A DNA stretch of 63,858 bases, filler included, from Conidiobolus incongruus B7586 (GCA_000697335.1; 34 parts of 34 records of this genome joined end to end with filler, not necessarily neighbours in it), one strand, 5' to 3'. Positions 14,351 to 29,580 are shown, numbered from the whole stretch's first letter. Made by a program: numbers and translations. Notes: a model not told the origin generated them from the sequence alone.

Positions 14351-14941
14351 AATAAAAATCAATTATAATAATATTAAAATAATATATAAAATANNNNNNN
14401 NNNNNNNNNNNNNNNNNNNNNNNNNNNNNNNNNNNNNTTAATTAATTAANNNNNNNNNNNNNNNNNNNNNNNNNNNNNNNNNNNNNNNNNNNNAATTAAT
14501 AAATCAATTATATTTGAAATAACTTTTTATTAGATAATATAAAAAATATAGATAATTTAAATAATATATTTTTAATTTTTAATAATTCTATCTAACTGAA
14601 TTTATTTTTTTATAATATATAAAGTTTTGATATTTTATTTAAATAAACTATAAATTTAAAAAAGTTTATTATAATCAGAGAATTGAAAGTTAATATATTT
14701 ATATTATTTTTTGTAATTTTTCTAAAATAATAGGTTATAGAGTTAATTTGCTATTTATATATAGAAAGAATAACTTATCATAAATTTTGTAAATATATTT
14801 TTCAAGTTATTCTATTTATTATAATATAAGATAAATTTTATTTTAATTTAACTATTTTGAAAAGTAATTATTTGGGTTATAATTGAAAAATTAAAAATAA
14901 TACTATAAAATTATTATCTTTTAAAGCTTTATATTATATAA

Positions 14942-15362
14942 TGTTGGGGGTTAGCGCTGACAACAATGGATTTTACGAGCTTAAACAGGGAATCGCCAGT
15001 GGTAAACAATAAATTACCACGGAATTAAGGGAAATTATTGGGGTTCACCAAAGTAGGTGAAAATGATTTGCTATGAATCAGGTTCTTTGAATAAGGTAAA
15101 TATCTCATGCTTGTCACAACTCAACACTTTTGTGAAGGTTACGAGAAAAACTTAGAGACTGTATATTTTTGAAAATCAAGATAAGAAGATATGTTTATTA
15201 GTTTGCTTATGATAATCTTATATTAGGTTCCATTGTTGATTTTTGTGGACATGAATGACTTACAGGCAGAAAGTAATAGGGATCAACTAGTTCATGGGAT
15301 GTGATATCTCCAATGTGACTTCTCAAATCCTGTGGTAATCAGAGTTTCTTGAGTAATTAACA
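14942..15362. mobile_element. GC-richer island, possibly an LTR
   Basis: Sharp compositional boundary, TGTT...AACA ends, no long ORF; no TSD found. Confidence 0.35.
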
Positions 15363-15655
15363 GGATTATTCACTATCAATAATAATAGAAAATTCAATTT
15401 CATAATAGATATTATTATTTAAAATTATATATATTTTAATTTATTTATATATGCTAATAATTTATTTAATTATTAATTTAAAATATTATAATAAATCTAA
15501 ATATTAATTCTTTTATTAATTTAATTAAATAATCATTTATTAATAAATAATATATNNNNNNNNNNNNNNNNNNNNNNNNNNNNNNNNNNNNNNNNNNNNT
15601 TAATTAATTAANNNNNNNNNNNNNNNNNNNNNNNNNNNNNNNNNNNNNNNNNNNN

Positions 15656-16798
15656 ACTTATATTAATTAATTAAATTATAATATTTATATCTATTTATTT
15701 TAATATTTATTCAATATTTTTATTAATAAATCAACTAGTTTGAATTTTATTTTATTAATTATAATAAATACCTTAATTTAATAATTGCTTTAAAACTTTA
15801 AATTAACTTACCTTTAAATATTATTGAGTTCTAATTTAATATTAAGTATATTAATTCTTTTGTTAAATTTAACTTAGAAAAAAATTGAAGGATAATAAAA
15901 CAACAATATTCAAAGCTATTTAGAAATCCTTTTAAATATAAAAATGGTATGTTTATTTATTTAGAATAGTTTGTTCTTAAATTTATCTTATTTAAATTTA
16001 ACTTAAGTCTAAAATATTTATTACTTTATTATAGTCCCTATATGATTTAATTTATTAATTTAAATTTTGAAAATATTATCTTAAAATTATCTTTAACTTT
16101 AAGATTTAACTTTACCTTTTATATATCTAAAATCAAACCTTATCTTAAAGATATTAATATATTTCCTAATCAATTAAAAGCTTTAAAACTAGATCTAATT
16201 ATTAATTAAGATGGAGAAAAAGAATACTATGATAATTATATAATTAAATCTAAATTTATTATGAATAAACTTTACTTATATATAAAATAAATTCGCTATC
16301 TTATTAAAGAAGCTATATAAGAACTTTTATATAATATTAAGAAAGTTTTAACTTATTATACTTATTTATAAAAATCTAAGGAATATGTCTTTTTTTAGAA
16401 ATTTATTAAGGGAGTATTAAAAGGCTAATTTTTTAAATTTTTATATATATTTCTTTATAAATTAGTTAATTATAAATGATATAATTTATTTATACTTTTA
16501 TAGCTAAATTAATTATATAAATAGTATTGAATTATTTAACAAACTAGGTTTTTTTTTCTTTTGATTTTTATTATTTCTTATTTTTTAAATTATTTCTTCA
16601 ATTAAAACTATATTTTATCAATATTATAAGATATTAGCAATACCTAATATAAGTTTTAATATATTAGTAACTTATCCTAATTCAAAGCTTAATTAAACTT
16701 TATTTATATTTTCATACTATATTCTATATTATATTACCATATTTTGTGTTTATATTACCTTTATATTATATCAGTAACTTTTTATTATTATACCTATA
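15656..16798 (+). mobile_element. Ty3/Gypsy chromovirus 3' end with 3' LTR (16415-16798)
   Basis: One frame reads YYSPY (GPY/F relic)...TFYISKIKPYL (FHVS..KPY relic)...DGEKEYY...KLYLYIK*IRYLIKEAI*EL (chromodomain VKW.GY..EEATWEP relic). PPT AAGGGAG precedes the LTR. Confidence 0.88.
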
Positions 16799-16991
16799 TA
16801 ATAAAATAAATCTTAAAATATATTTTATAATATAATTATATTAAAGAACAAATTGAAAAACATTTATTTGGATATAATTATTATTGATAATNNNNNNNNN
16901 NNNNNNNNNNNNNNNNNNNNNNNNNNNNNNNNNNNTTAATTAATTAANNNNNNNNNNNNNNNNNNNNNNNNNNNNNNNNNNNNNNNNNNNN

Positions 16992-18221
16992 AAATAAAGG
17001 GAAATTTTTTAATTTCTGATTTTTCAAACATATTATAGTTTAAAATAAATATATATATATAAAGTTAATATGAAATTATATACTTTTAATATATATATAT
17101 AAAATAATTTTTTTGATTAAAAAATTAACTTTTTAAAATTGGTTATTTAATTTAATCATATTTAATCCAAATAATACTTATCAAAAATCTTTTATTTTAA
17201 TATCAATAAAATTTAACCATAAGCCCTCTAAAATTATTCAAAATTTACAAGCAACTTTTGGTAATAAAATATCATTTAAATCAACAATTTATTGCTAGAT
17301 AAATTATTTTAAGGCTAGGAGAGAAACTATCCAAAACCTACTAAAATCTAGAAGATTAACTTTAATTATCACTCTTTCAATTATTAATAGAGTAAAAAAA
17401 TATATTAAAAAACATCTTTTTATTTTAGCTAAAGAATTATCTAAATATTTTAATATTAGTTTTATAAGTATTATATATATATTAGAGTTTAAACTCAAAT
17501 TAATAAATAAAAATATAAAATAGGTATCTTATAATTTAACTAAAGTTTAAAAAAAGCTAGAGTAGTTATTATTAAACAAAACTTACTAAAATATTTAAGA
17601 AGCTTAAATTTTAACAGTAAATAATTACAATTGATGAATATTAGATCCTTATATATAATTCCTTACTAAAATACAAATCAAAATGCTGGATTAAGTTAAT
17701 TCAACCCTTTTCACAAATCCCTTTAAATAAGTATTTTGTTAATAAGCAAATATTAATCATTATAATAGATTATAATGATATATACTACTTTTATTTAGTT
17801 CCTGAAGGAAAATCAATTAATAGTTAATTTTATATTATTTTTATAAGTAAAATTATTTTTAATTAGTATTCTTAATATAATTTAAGAAGACTTATTATTT
17901 TGCATAATAATTATAAAATATATAAATCAAAAGCAATAAAAAACTTTCTAATTAAAAATAACTAGAAAGAACTACCATATCCAGTATACTCCTTAGATTA
18001 TAACCAATATAATTATAATTGCTTTAGGTAATTAAAAAACCAACTTGTAAAAAAGAAAATTTTTGCAAAAAAATTTAATTAGTTTATGAAATATCAAATT
18101 TCAGTCTTTAATAAAAAGAACTATTTTTTAGATATTAGATCTTTGCTAAAAATATAATAAAAAGTTATTAATAATAAAGGAAACTATTAAATTTATATTA
18201 TATATTTATTTTTATATATTA
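16992..18221 (+). mobile_element. Mariner, dead copy
   Basis: Colinear; second-to-third catalytic Asp spacing of 34 codons can be counted over ~17905-18012. Confidence 0.9.
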
Positions 18222-18321
18222 NNNNNNNNNNNNNNNNNNNNNNNNNNNNNNNNNNNNNNNNNNNNTTAATTAATTAANNNNNNNNNNNNNNNNNNNNNNN
18301 NNNNNNNNNNNNNNNNNNNNN

Positions 18322-19438
18322 GTTATTATCTTTTTTCTTTAAAACTAACTTAGTTATATTTATTATCAATTATTATTAAAGTTGCAAACTTATTAAAATA
18401 ATTACTAAAACTTTAAAATAAATGATTAAAGCTTATATTAATACTATTGAATTAAATAAAGATATTTATATCTACTAACTTTAATATTTATTCAATACCT
18501 GTATTAATAAATTAACTAGTTTTACCTTTTATTTCATTAATTATTATAAACACCTTAATTTAATAATTATTTTAAAACTTTAAATTAATTTATTTTTAAG
18601 TATTATTGAATTTTAGTCTAATATCAAATATATTAATTCCTTTATTAAATTTAACATGGAAGGAAATTAAAGGATAATAGAATAATAATATTTAATATTA
18701 TTTAGAAATCCTTTTAAATATCAAATCAGTAAGTTTATTTACCTAGAATAATTTATTTTTCAATTTATTTTATTTAAATCTTATTTAAATATTTTTTTAA
18801 TCTAAAATACTTACTATTATATTAAAATCCTTTTAATATTTAATTTATTGATTTAAATTTTGAAAATATTATCTTAAAATTATCTGTTATTTTAAGGATC
18901 AACTTTATCTTTGATATATTTAAAATCAAACTTTAATTTAAAAAATCAATACTTTTCTTAATTAATTAAAATTTTTAAAATTAAATCTAATTATTAATTA
19001 AGATAAAAAAAATACTAAATTAATTACATAATTAAATCTAAATTTTTTAAGAATAAACTTTACTTCTGTATAAAATAAATAAGTTATCTTTTTAAAAAAG
19101 CTATATAAAAACCTTTAAAAAATATTAAAAATATCTTAACTAATAATACTTATTTGTAAAAATTTAAGGAATGTGTTTTTTTAAGAGATTTACTAATGGA
19201 GTATTAAGTGATTAATTTTTTAAATTCTTATATGTATTTCTTTATAATTTAATTAACTATAAATTATATAATTAATTTATATTTTTATAAATAAACTAAT
19301 TATATAAATAATAATAAATATTTTTTCCTCTTAATTCTTATTATTTTTTATTTTTTATATAATTTTTAAGATTAAAACTATATTCTATAAATATTATAGG
19401 ATATTAGTATTATTTAATATATATTTTAATATATCAAT
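18322..19438 (+). mobile_element. Ty3/Gypsy chromovirus 3' end, LTR from 19202 (truncated)
   Basis: Colinear with the 15656 and 7424 copies. Confidence 0.85.
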
Positions 19439-19538
19439 NNNNNNNNNNNNNNNNNNNNNNNNNNNNNNNNNNNNNNNNNNNNTTAATTAATTAANNNNNN
19501 NNNNNNNNNNNNNNNNNNNNNNNNNNNNNNNNNNNNNN

Positions 19539-20561
19539 TATTATAATTAAGGCTATTATTAATAATATAAAAAAATCATATAAATTTAAACTTAAGTATA
19601 CCTAGATTATAGATATATTAATTAAGATATATATTTATAAATGAAATAATATAGGTAAATATAATATTATTATAAAAATAAAAATAAATTATAAGTCTGT
19701 ATAGGATTATTAGTTAATATTAATACTATTTTATATGTTTTATATTAGAATAGATATAACTTATATCATAAGAAAAAAACCAAAAATAATAAAAATTATT
19801 ATTATAAAACAAAATTAAATGTTAAAATCATTATTAATATTAAAATTAATTAAAATAAGGATATTAAATATTATAAAACAGAATATATTTTGATAAATTT
19901 GATAAACAATTATATATTAAGAAGTGATAAAAATTACTTTATAATTATTATATTTTAATAAGCCAAAAATATAATATAAATTAATTATAATTAAATATAT
20001 ATATTATCTTTAAATATATAATATTAAAAAATGATCAATAATCAAATTAATAATAAATTATATTAAAATAATCTAAAATATGAATTAAAAGTCATTAAAT
20101 AATATAAATGAAATAAATTAAAAATTATTTTAACAAAATACTGCCTTTTTTTACTATAGCTCATATTATTATAGGTCTGGAAAATAATAAAATATTAATT
20201 ATAAAATAATTTCTTCAATTTCCAAATTATAATTTAACTAAATAACTGTAGAATCAATTAAAAAAATTCATTAAATCTTTCCTTTTAATAAAATATTTTG
20301 ATTAAGTTTAAATATATATTCAAGAAAATAAAAAAAATATTTATCTTATATAATATAAAAAGTTAACTAATTTTATATCCTAAAAATTTATAAATATTAG
20401 AAAAATAAAGAATAAATATATTGAATATTAATTTTTCTATTAATACTAAAATTTTTAAATTTATGAACTATATTAAATATATTTATAACTTTAATATATT
20501 AATTAATATTTAATTAAATTTAACTTTATAAATTCTATTTGAAATAAAAAATAATAATAAA
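19539..20561 (+). mobile_element. Tc1-like transposon, strongly diverged dead copy
   Basis: Recognisably colinear with the other Tc1 copies but more degraded. The 3' flank resembles the 24571 copy. Confidence 0.75.
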
Positions 20562-20720
20562 NNNNNNNNNNNNNNNNNNNNNNNNNNNNNNNNNNNNNNN
20601 NNNNNTTAATTAATTAANNNNNNNNNNNNNNNNNNNNNNNNNNNNNNNNNNNNNNNNNNNNTTATTTTAATTATTTTTTAATATCTATAATATTATTATT
20701 AAGTTTAATAATATCTTTTA

Positions 20721-21927
20721 TTATCTTGAATTTAAAATAATGATAAAATTTTAATTTTGATTTTTTGAATATATTATTAATTTTAAATAAATAAATATAT
20801 ATAAAATAAATAGGATATTATATTTTTTTGATGATATATATATATATCATAATGATTTTAAATAATGATTAACTTTTTAAAATTAGTTTTTTAATTTAAT
20901 TAATTTTAAACCTAATAATAATCATATAAAGTCTTTTATTTTGATATCAGTAAAACTTAATTATAAACCTTTAAAAATTATATAAAATATACAAATAGCT
21001 TTTGATAATGAAATATTATATAAATCAATAATTTATTATTGGGTAAATTACTTTTAAAATGGGAAAAATTTTTCTAAAATCAATTAAAATCTAAAAAACT
21101 AATTTTAACTCAGACTATTTTAATTATTAACTAAGTCAAAAAATATATCAAAAAATACCCTTTTATTTTAGCTAAAGAATTATCTAAAAATTTTGATATT
21201 AGTTTTATAAGTAATATATATATATTAAAGTATAATCTTTAATTAATATATAAATATATTAAATAGGTATTTTATAACTTAACTAAAGCTCAGAAAAAAG
21301 CTAAAATAGTTATTTCTACACAGAAGTTAATAAAATATTTCCAGAAACCTAGACTTTTGCAACAAATAATTATAATTGATGAATCTTAAGTCCATTTATA
21401 TAATCCTTTACCAAGATATAAATCAAAATACTGGATTAAATTAAATTTACCTTTTTTGCAGATTCTTTTAAAAAAATATTTTGTTAATAACTAAATATTA
21501 ATTTTTGCAATGGATTAATTTTATATAATATTATTATTTAGTTCCCAAAGAAAAATCAATTAATAATAAGCTTTATATTGATATTTTAAATAAAGTTTTT
21601 TCAAATTGATATTCTTAATATAAATTAAAAATATCTATTATTTTATTTGATAATTATAAAATATAAAAATCTAAAGTTATAAAAAATCTTCTAATTAAAA
21701 ATAACTGGAAAAAATATCATATCTATTATACTCCCCAAATTGTAATCTATATGATTATAATTACTTTAGGTAATTAAAAAACCAAATTTCAAAAAAGAAA
21801 ATTTTTGCATAAAAATTTAATTAGTTTGTAGAATATTAAATTTCAATCTTTTATAAAAGAAATTATTTTTAGATATTAGATGTTTACTAAATATATAGTA
21901 AAAAAATTATTAATAATAATATAAAAT
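20721..21927 (+). mobile_element. Mariner, dead copy with left TIR
   Basis: TA followed by TTATCTTGAATTTAAAATAATG at 20721; GAT GAA TCT at ~21378; TAC TCC CCA (YSP) at 21729. Confidence 0.9.
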
Positions 21928-22027
21928 NNNNNNNNNNNNNNNNNNNNNNNNNNNNNNNNNNNNNNNNNNNNTTAATTAATTAANNNNNNNNNNNNNNNNN
22001 NNNNNNNNNNNNNNNNNNNNNNNNNNN

Positions 22028-23212
22028 AGTAAGCTTCTAATATTAAAAAATAGATTTTTTTATTAAAGACTGAAATTTAATATTTTACAAACTAATTTAA
22101 TTTGTTTGCAGGAATTTTTTTTCCTGTAAGCTTTTTTTTTAATTGTCTAAAACAATTATAATTATATTGGTTATAATTAAGTGAAAATATTTGATATGAT
22201 TACTCTCTTTATTTTTTTTATATAAAAAATCCTTTGTAGCTTTAATTATATATATTTTATAATTATTATATAAAATAATAGGTGTTTTTAATTTATATTG
22301 AAAACACCATTTAGAAATCATTTTATTTCAAAAGATAATATATAATTTACTAATAATTGATTTTCCTTAAGATATTAAATAGGAAAATTATATATTATAA
22401 TAATTTATTAAAATAATTAATATTTATTTATAATTATAATATTTGTTTATTAAAATTTATAAATAGGATTGATTTAACTTAACATTTTGTTTTATTTTTA
22501 AATTAAGGATTATATAAAAAAAATCTAAGATTAATCAATTATAAGTATTAGATATAAAAACCTTTGTTTTTGGTTATACCTTAATAAATTTAGTTTAGCT
22601 ACAGCTATTTTAGTTTTCTTTTAGGTATTTGTTAAATTATAAGATATCCACTTTATATTTTTATTAATTGATTTAAGTTTAAACTTAAGTAAATATATAA
22701 TATTTATATAATTAATATTAAATTGTTTTAATAGTTCTTTAACAAAAATAAAAGCATATTTCTTAATATATTTTTTACTCTATTAATAAATGAAAAAATA
22801 ATAGTAAAAATTAATCTTTTAAATTTTGATAAACTTTAAATAATGTCTTTTTTAGCTGTAAAATCATAAATCCAGCAATATATGGTAGTTTTAGATAAAG
22901 CATTATTTTTATAAACTGTTTGCAAGTTTTAGATGATTTTAGAGGGTTTATGGTTAAATTTTAAAGATACAAAAATAAAAGCCTTTTAATAATTATAATC
23001 TAATTTAAGCAAGATTAAATTTAAGCATAAATTTTAAAATCAAAATATTTTAATAAAAAAAATAATTAAAATTAAATATATATATATATATAGTTTGAAA
23101 AAATCTTTTTTTATATATTTTATTTATAAAAAATCTTTCAAAATATATAATATATTTAAAAGATCAGAGACTAAAAAATTTGCTATTTTTTTAATTTCTA
23201 TACTAATAACTA
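22028..23212 (-). mobile_element. Mariner, diverged dead copy
   Basis: Reverse complement colinear with the family but with more transversions (distinct subfamily). Confidence 0.85.
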
Positions 23213-23312
23213 NNNNNNNNNNNNNNNNNNNNNNNNNNNNNNNNNNNNNNNNNNNNTTAATTAATTAANNNNNNNNNNNNNNNNNNNNNNNNNNNNNNNN
23301 NNNNNNNNNNNN

Positions 23313-24470
23313 ATATATATTATTAAATAATGATATTTAGCTATTAATTAGTTAAAATATAAACCTTTAAATTTTATTTAAAATAAGTTATTAATTTATA
23401 GGTTTTTAGTGATAAAGAAAATTAAAACTTAATATATTTATCTTTAGCTTTTTTAACTTTTTTAAGTTTGTGGTGTATAAAATCAACTAATTTCTTATAT
23501 TAAGAAATGTTAATCTTATTCTATACTTCTTAAATATATTTTTAAAGTTGATTTAAATTTTTTGTTAGGGGTAAAGCTTTAATAACTTTTTTTAACTAAT
23601 CTTAAAAGTATTTAATTAAATTAAAGTTAAGAAATTAAAGAAGCTACTTTATAATTATTATTTTATTATTTTTAAACTATTTAGTAATAAAAGCTATAAT
23701 ATAACAAGAGGTATTATCTTATTAGAAAATAATATTAGATTTATTTAACTTATATTATTTAATGGTTTTTTTTAATTCATTGTTTAAAATACTTTAGTAT
23801 ATCTTAACATTAATTCCCTAATTAACTTTATAAAGATACCTTACATCTAAAAACAATATATATCCTTAAATAATAATTAACTTATTATTATACTTTTAGG
23901 TAAAATTAATATAATAGTCATAAAATAATTATATATCTTTTTTAAAATATCTAGCTTTTCTATTAAATTTACTAAAGTATATTTTTATTTCATTAAATTA
24001 AATAACCTTATTCAAATTAGTTTTAATTTATTATAAATAGCAATATTTAAATTCTTGCTTAATTTTATAATAAGATTTCTTTAATTAAAGGTATTTTTTT
24101 AAGGTATGAATAGTATCTATATTAATATAAAATATATATAATAATATTAGTGTTAACTAATATTCTTATATAGTTTAATAATTCCTGCTATATTTTTATA
24201 ATAATATTATATTTATTTGTATTAACTAACTTATAAATATATTTCTAATTATATTTATTTATAATTTTAACATGCTTAAGTTTAAGTTTAAATATTTCTT
24301 TATTATTATTTTTAACAATTTTAACTATAGTAAACTAATTAACACTAGTAATTCTAACAATATTATAAGTTGATTTATCTTTTTTATTTAGTTAATTAAT
24401 ACATAAATAAATCTTTTTAAAGAGTGATTTAAACATAATAATAATAATAATAAAAAATTTAATATATCTA
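23313..24470 (-). mobile_element. Tc1-like transposon, dead copy
   Basis: Reverse complement aligns to 250-1410. Confidence 0.9.
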
Positions 24471-24570
24471 NNNNNNNNNNNNNNNNNNNNNNNNNNNNNN
24501 NNNNNNNNNNNNNNTTAATTAATTAANNNNNNNNNNNNNNNNNNNNNNNNNNNNNNNNNNNNNNNNNNNN

Positions 24571-25712
24571 TCTTAAAAAAGTTTATTTATATATTAATTA
24601 ATTTTATAATAAAAATAAATCTATTTATGAAATTTCTAAAATTATTAATATTATATAATCTATTATAATTAAGGTTATTAAAAACAATATTAATAGAATA
24701 TTCAAATTATTACTTAAGTATAATAAGGTTATATATCATTATGATAAAAAATATATTGATAGATTAATTAAAATAAATTAATATTATTATAGAGATATAA
24801 AAAAAATTTTAAGGTTTTAAAAAAAATATTAGCTAATATAAATACTATTATATATTTTTTATATTAAAATAAATATTTCTTATATTATAAAAAACACCCT
24901 TAATTAAGGAAATCCTATTATAAAATTAAACAAAAGTTTCAATATCATTATTAAAATTAAATTAAAACAAATTAAAACAAGCTTATTTAATTTAATAAAA
25001 TAAATATATTTTAATAATTTCAACAAAACATTAGATAATTTACAAAAGATAAAAAAATATTTTATAACTATGATTTTATTAAAACCCATAAATATAATAA
25101 TAGGTTAATTATAATTTAAGGATATATATTATCTTTAGATATAAAATATCTTTATAAAATTAATAAAGGAATTAATCTTAATTTATACTAAAGTATTTTA
25201 AATAATAAATTTAAAATACTATTAAATAACATAAGTTAAATAAATTAAACATTATTTTCTGACATGATAATATATATTTTTAATGGCAAATTTTGTTATT
25301 AAATAGTTTAAAAATAATAAAACAATTATAATAAAATAACCTCCTTAATTTTTTAATTTTAACCTAATTAAATATTTTTAAAATGAATTAAAGAAATCAT
25401 TTAAAGTTTTCCCTTTGACAAAATATTTAAATTAATTTCAAAGTATATCTAAGAATCATAAAATAATATTAGTTTTGTTTAATTTAAAAGCCTAATTAAC
25501 TTTATATCCTATAAACTTAAAATAATTAAAAAACAAAAAATAGATATATTAGAAATTAATTTTTCTATTAATACTAAAACCTACAGATTTATTATTTATT
25601 TTAAATATATTTTTATTCTTAATATATTAATTAATAATCTATTAAATTTAACTTTTATATTATATTGAAAGAAAAAATATATATTAATTAAATAGTGTAA
25701 TATAAGTTTATT
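24571..25712 (+). mobile_element. Tc1-like transposon, diverged dead copy
   Basis: Colinear with the family; KKHP relic AAAAAACACCCT at ~24889-24900. Confidence 0.85.
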
Positions 25713-25812
25713 NNNNNNNNNNNNNNNNNNNNNNNNNNNNNNNNNNNNNNNNNNNNTTAATTAATTAANNNNNNNNNNNNNNNNNNNNNNNNNNNNNNNN
25801 NNNNNNNNNNNN

Positions 25813-26980
25813 AAGATTTTTAGAATTACTAATGTTAGTTAGTTTATTATAGCTAAAGTTATTAAAAATTATAATAAAGATATATCTAAACTTAAATTTA
25901 AGTATATTAAGATTATTGATAAATATAATAAAAGATATATTTATAAGTTAGTTAATATAAGTCAATATAATATTATTGTAACAATATAAAAAAATTACAA
26001 GACTATATATAATATTAATTAATATTAATCCTATTATATATTTTATATTTTAATAGATATCACTTGTATTTTAAGAAAAAACACTTTTAAATAAAAAAGT
26101 CATATTATAAAGCTAAATAAAAGTTTAAATATTACCATTAAAATTGAATTATAACTAATTAGAATAAAGTTATTTAATTTAATAAAACAAAAATATACCT
26201 TTGTAGATCTAATAAAAAAACTAAATATTTCAGAAAAAACAAAGAATTACTTTATAAATATCATGCTATTTTAACCTAAATATATAATGATAGGTTAATT
26301 ATAATTTAAAAAAATATGTTATCTTTTGGTATAAGGTATTTTTATAAAGTTAATAAAGGAATTAAGATTGAGATATATTAAAATATTTTAAACAATAAAT
26401 ATAAAAAAACTATTGAATAATATAGGTTAAATAAATCAAATATTATTTTCCAACAAGATAATACCTTTTATTATACTATTATTTCTATTTCCAAATGGTT
26501 TAAAAATAATAAAATAATATTTATAAAATAGCTTTTTTAATCCTTTAACCTTAATCTAATTAAACATCTTTAGAATTAGTTAAAAAAATAATTAAAACTT
26601 TTTTATCAATAAAAGATTTAAATAAGATTTAAAAAAATATTTAAGAAACTTAAAACAAAATTAGTCTTTTTTAATATAAAAGGTTAATTAACATTATATC
26701 CTATAAATTTAAGGAAATTAGAAAAGCAAAAGATAGATATATTAAGTTTTAATTTTTTTTATAACTAAAACACACAGATTTATAACTTATCATAGGTAAA
26801 ATTTAAATTTGAATATATCAACTAAAAGTTAATATAATTGGATCAATTATATTTAATTATAAATAAATAATATAAGTTTATTATATACTGTATTTTAAAT
26901 TAATTTAATTAAGAATTAACAAAATTATTGATAAGAGTATATATATTTATAATTTTATGACTTATTTTTATAGGCTAATA
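25813..26980 (+). mobile_element. Tc1-like transposon, dead copy (second subfamily)
   Basis: Retains TTC CAA CAA GAT AAT (FQQDN) at 26448-26462. Right terminal repeat TTATGACTTATTTTTATAGGCTAATA at ~26955-26980. Confidence 0.9.
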
Positions 26981-27246
26981 TATATTAATAATTTTTGTCA
27001 TTAATTGCTTAAAAAATTAAAAATATAATCTCTAATATAATATTTTATCTATTATTTAACTTTTATATAAAACAATAAAAAATATCAAAAATTATATTTA
27101 AAAAATAATATTATTAATTGTAAAAGATTTTTAAACTTTATTTTAANNNNNNNNNNNNNNNNNNNNNNNNNNNNNNNNNNNNNNNNNNNNTTAATTAATT
27201 AANNNNNNNNNNNNNNNNNNNNNNNNNNNNNNNNNNNNNNNNNNNN

Positions 27247-28276
27247 AAAGTCTTTTATTTTAATATTAATAAAACTTAACTATAAACTCTCTAAAATTAT
27301 TTAAAATTTATAAATAACTTTTAGTAATAAATTATTATTTCAATCAATAGTTTATTATTAGGTATATAATTTTAAAATTAAATAAAACTTTTTAAAACCT
27401 ATAAAAATCTATAAAATTAATTTTAATTATCACTTTATTAATTATTAATAGAGTGAAAAAATTTATACATAACTATCTTTTTATTTTAATTAAAGAATTA
27501 TCTAAATATTATATTATTAGCTTTATAAGTATTTTATATATATTAAAGTTTAAACTAAAATTAATAAATTAAAAAATAAAATAGATAGCTTATAATTTAA
27601 TTAAAGTTTAAAATAAGTTAAAATAGCTATTGTTAAATATAACTTATTAAAATATTACCTGAAATATTAAATTTTGCAATATATAATCATAGTTGATAAA
27701 TCTTAAATCATTTATATAATCCTCTTTAAAAAATAAATCAAAGTGTTAAATTAAGTTAAATTAACCACTTTTATAAATCTTTTTAAATTAATCTTTTATT
27801 AATAAGCAAATATTAATTATTATAATGAACTATAATAATATATATTACTTTTATTTAGTTTTAAAGGAAAATCAATTAATAATAAGCTTTATATTCTTTT
27901 TTTAAATAAAATTATCTCTAGTTAATATTTTTAATATTATTTAAACAAACTTATTATTTTGCATGAAAATTATAAAATATATAAATCTAAAGTTATTAGA
28001 AATTTTCTGATTAAAAATAACTAAAAAAAACTACCATATCTAGTATATTTTTTGGATTATAATATATATGATTATAATTGCTTTAGGTAATTAAAAAACC
28101 AGCTTACAAGAAAGAAAGTTTTTATAAGAAAATTTCATTAGTTTATAAAATATTAAATTTTAATATTTAATAAAAAATACTTTTTTTAAATATTAGAAGT
28201 TTATTAAAAATATTATTAAAAATTATAAATAATAAAGAAAATTAATAAATCTATATTATATTTTAATTTTTATATA
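27247..28276 (+). mobile_element. Mariner, dead copy
   Basis: Colinear with the 16992 copy. Confidence 0.9.
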
Positions 28277-29580
28277 NNNNNNNNNNNNNNNNNNNNNNNN
28301 NNNNNNNNNNNNNNNNNNNNTTAATTAATTAANNNNNNNNNNNNNNNNNNNNNNNNNNNNNNNNNNNNNNNNNNNNAATCAATCTGAATATATATGGATA
28401 ATATAATATTTTATAAAGTACTTTATTTATTGATTAATAATTATAAATCAGTTTAATATTCTGCTATAAGAAACTTTTATAATAATATAACAGTTGTTAT
28501 TTAATATTTAGGATGATTCCTAAATATTAAAATTATTTATAATTTAAAATCTTAAGATTTTATTACCCTATAAATAAGCTCCCATTATTTTAGAGTTAAA
28601 AATTAAATAATAAATAATTATAATCTCAATTATTATTTATTTTTACAATTTATTTGTTTATTATAATATATAAACTATTGTTTTTTAATGTATTTTACAA
28701 TTTTATTTTATCGTCAAAAATCTGATATTTTGAATTTTGAAATAATCATTAAATTAATGATATTAATTCCCAAAATTATAATTAGTTATTTATTTAATAA
28801 TTATTGGAAAGTGATATTATCTATACATTATCATTATTTTTATATTTTTTTAAGTCAGGAAGGAGTTTTTAAATTAATTTGCTTAGAAGTAATAATATAT
28901 TATTATTTAATCGATATATATATACATAATTAAAATTGATTAAATAATTCATAAAATACTGAAATGCTATGGATATATTTTAATTTAAGAATTACTTAAA
29001 CATTGGAAATCTGATATTGAATTGAAAATTTATTTCCAAATATCAATAGTATTTGATACTAAATATTTCACTAAATACTTTACTAATTATTATATATATA
29101 TTAATTATTATTATTCGAAACTTTTATGACGTAAATTTTCATAGTTAGAATTTGATTATTATATTTATTAATTTTGACAATGAATACTAATTAATTTTAA
29201 GAACTTATATTAATACTAAAATAAACTATATATATTAGTACTTTCTATTCTTTTATATAAACTATATAATGAATTGTATTTTAGAACAGAATAAATTATA
29301 GCCAGAATATTAAATAATTAGATAAAAATCTTAGAATAATTATTTTCAACTTAATATAATAAATACAAAATTTATTTGCATTATATTAATCCATAATTGA
29401 ATTTGTCTCCATTGGAAATATTCCTTTACTAAATATATTTTCACTTTTATTTAATAATAAAAGTTAATAATAAAATTATANNNNNNNNNNNNNNNNNNNN
29501 NNNNNNNNNNNNNNNNNNNNNNNNTTAATTAATTAANNNNNNNNNNNNNNNNNNNNNNNNNNNNNNNNNNNNNNNNNNNN

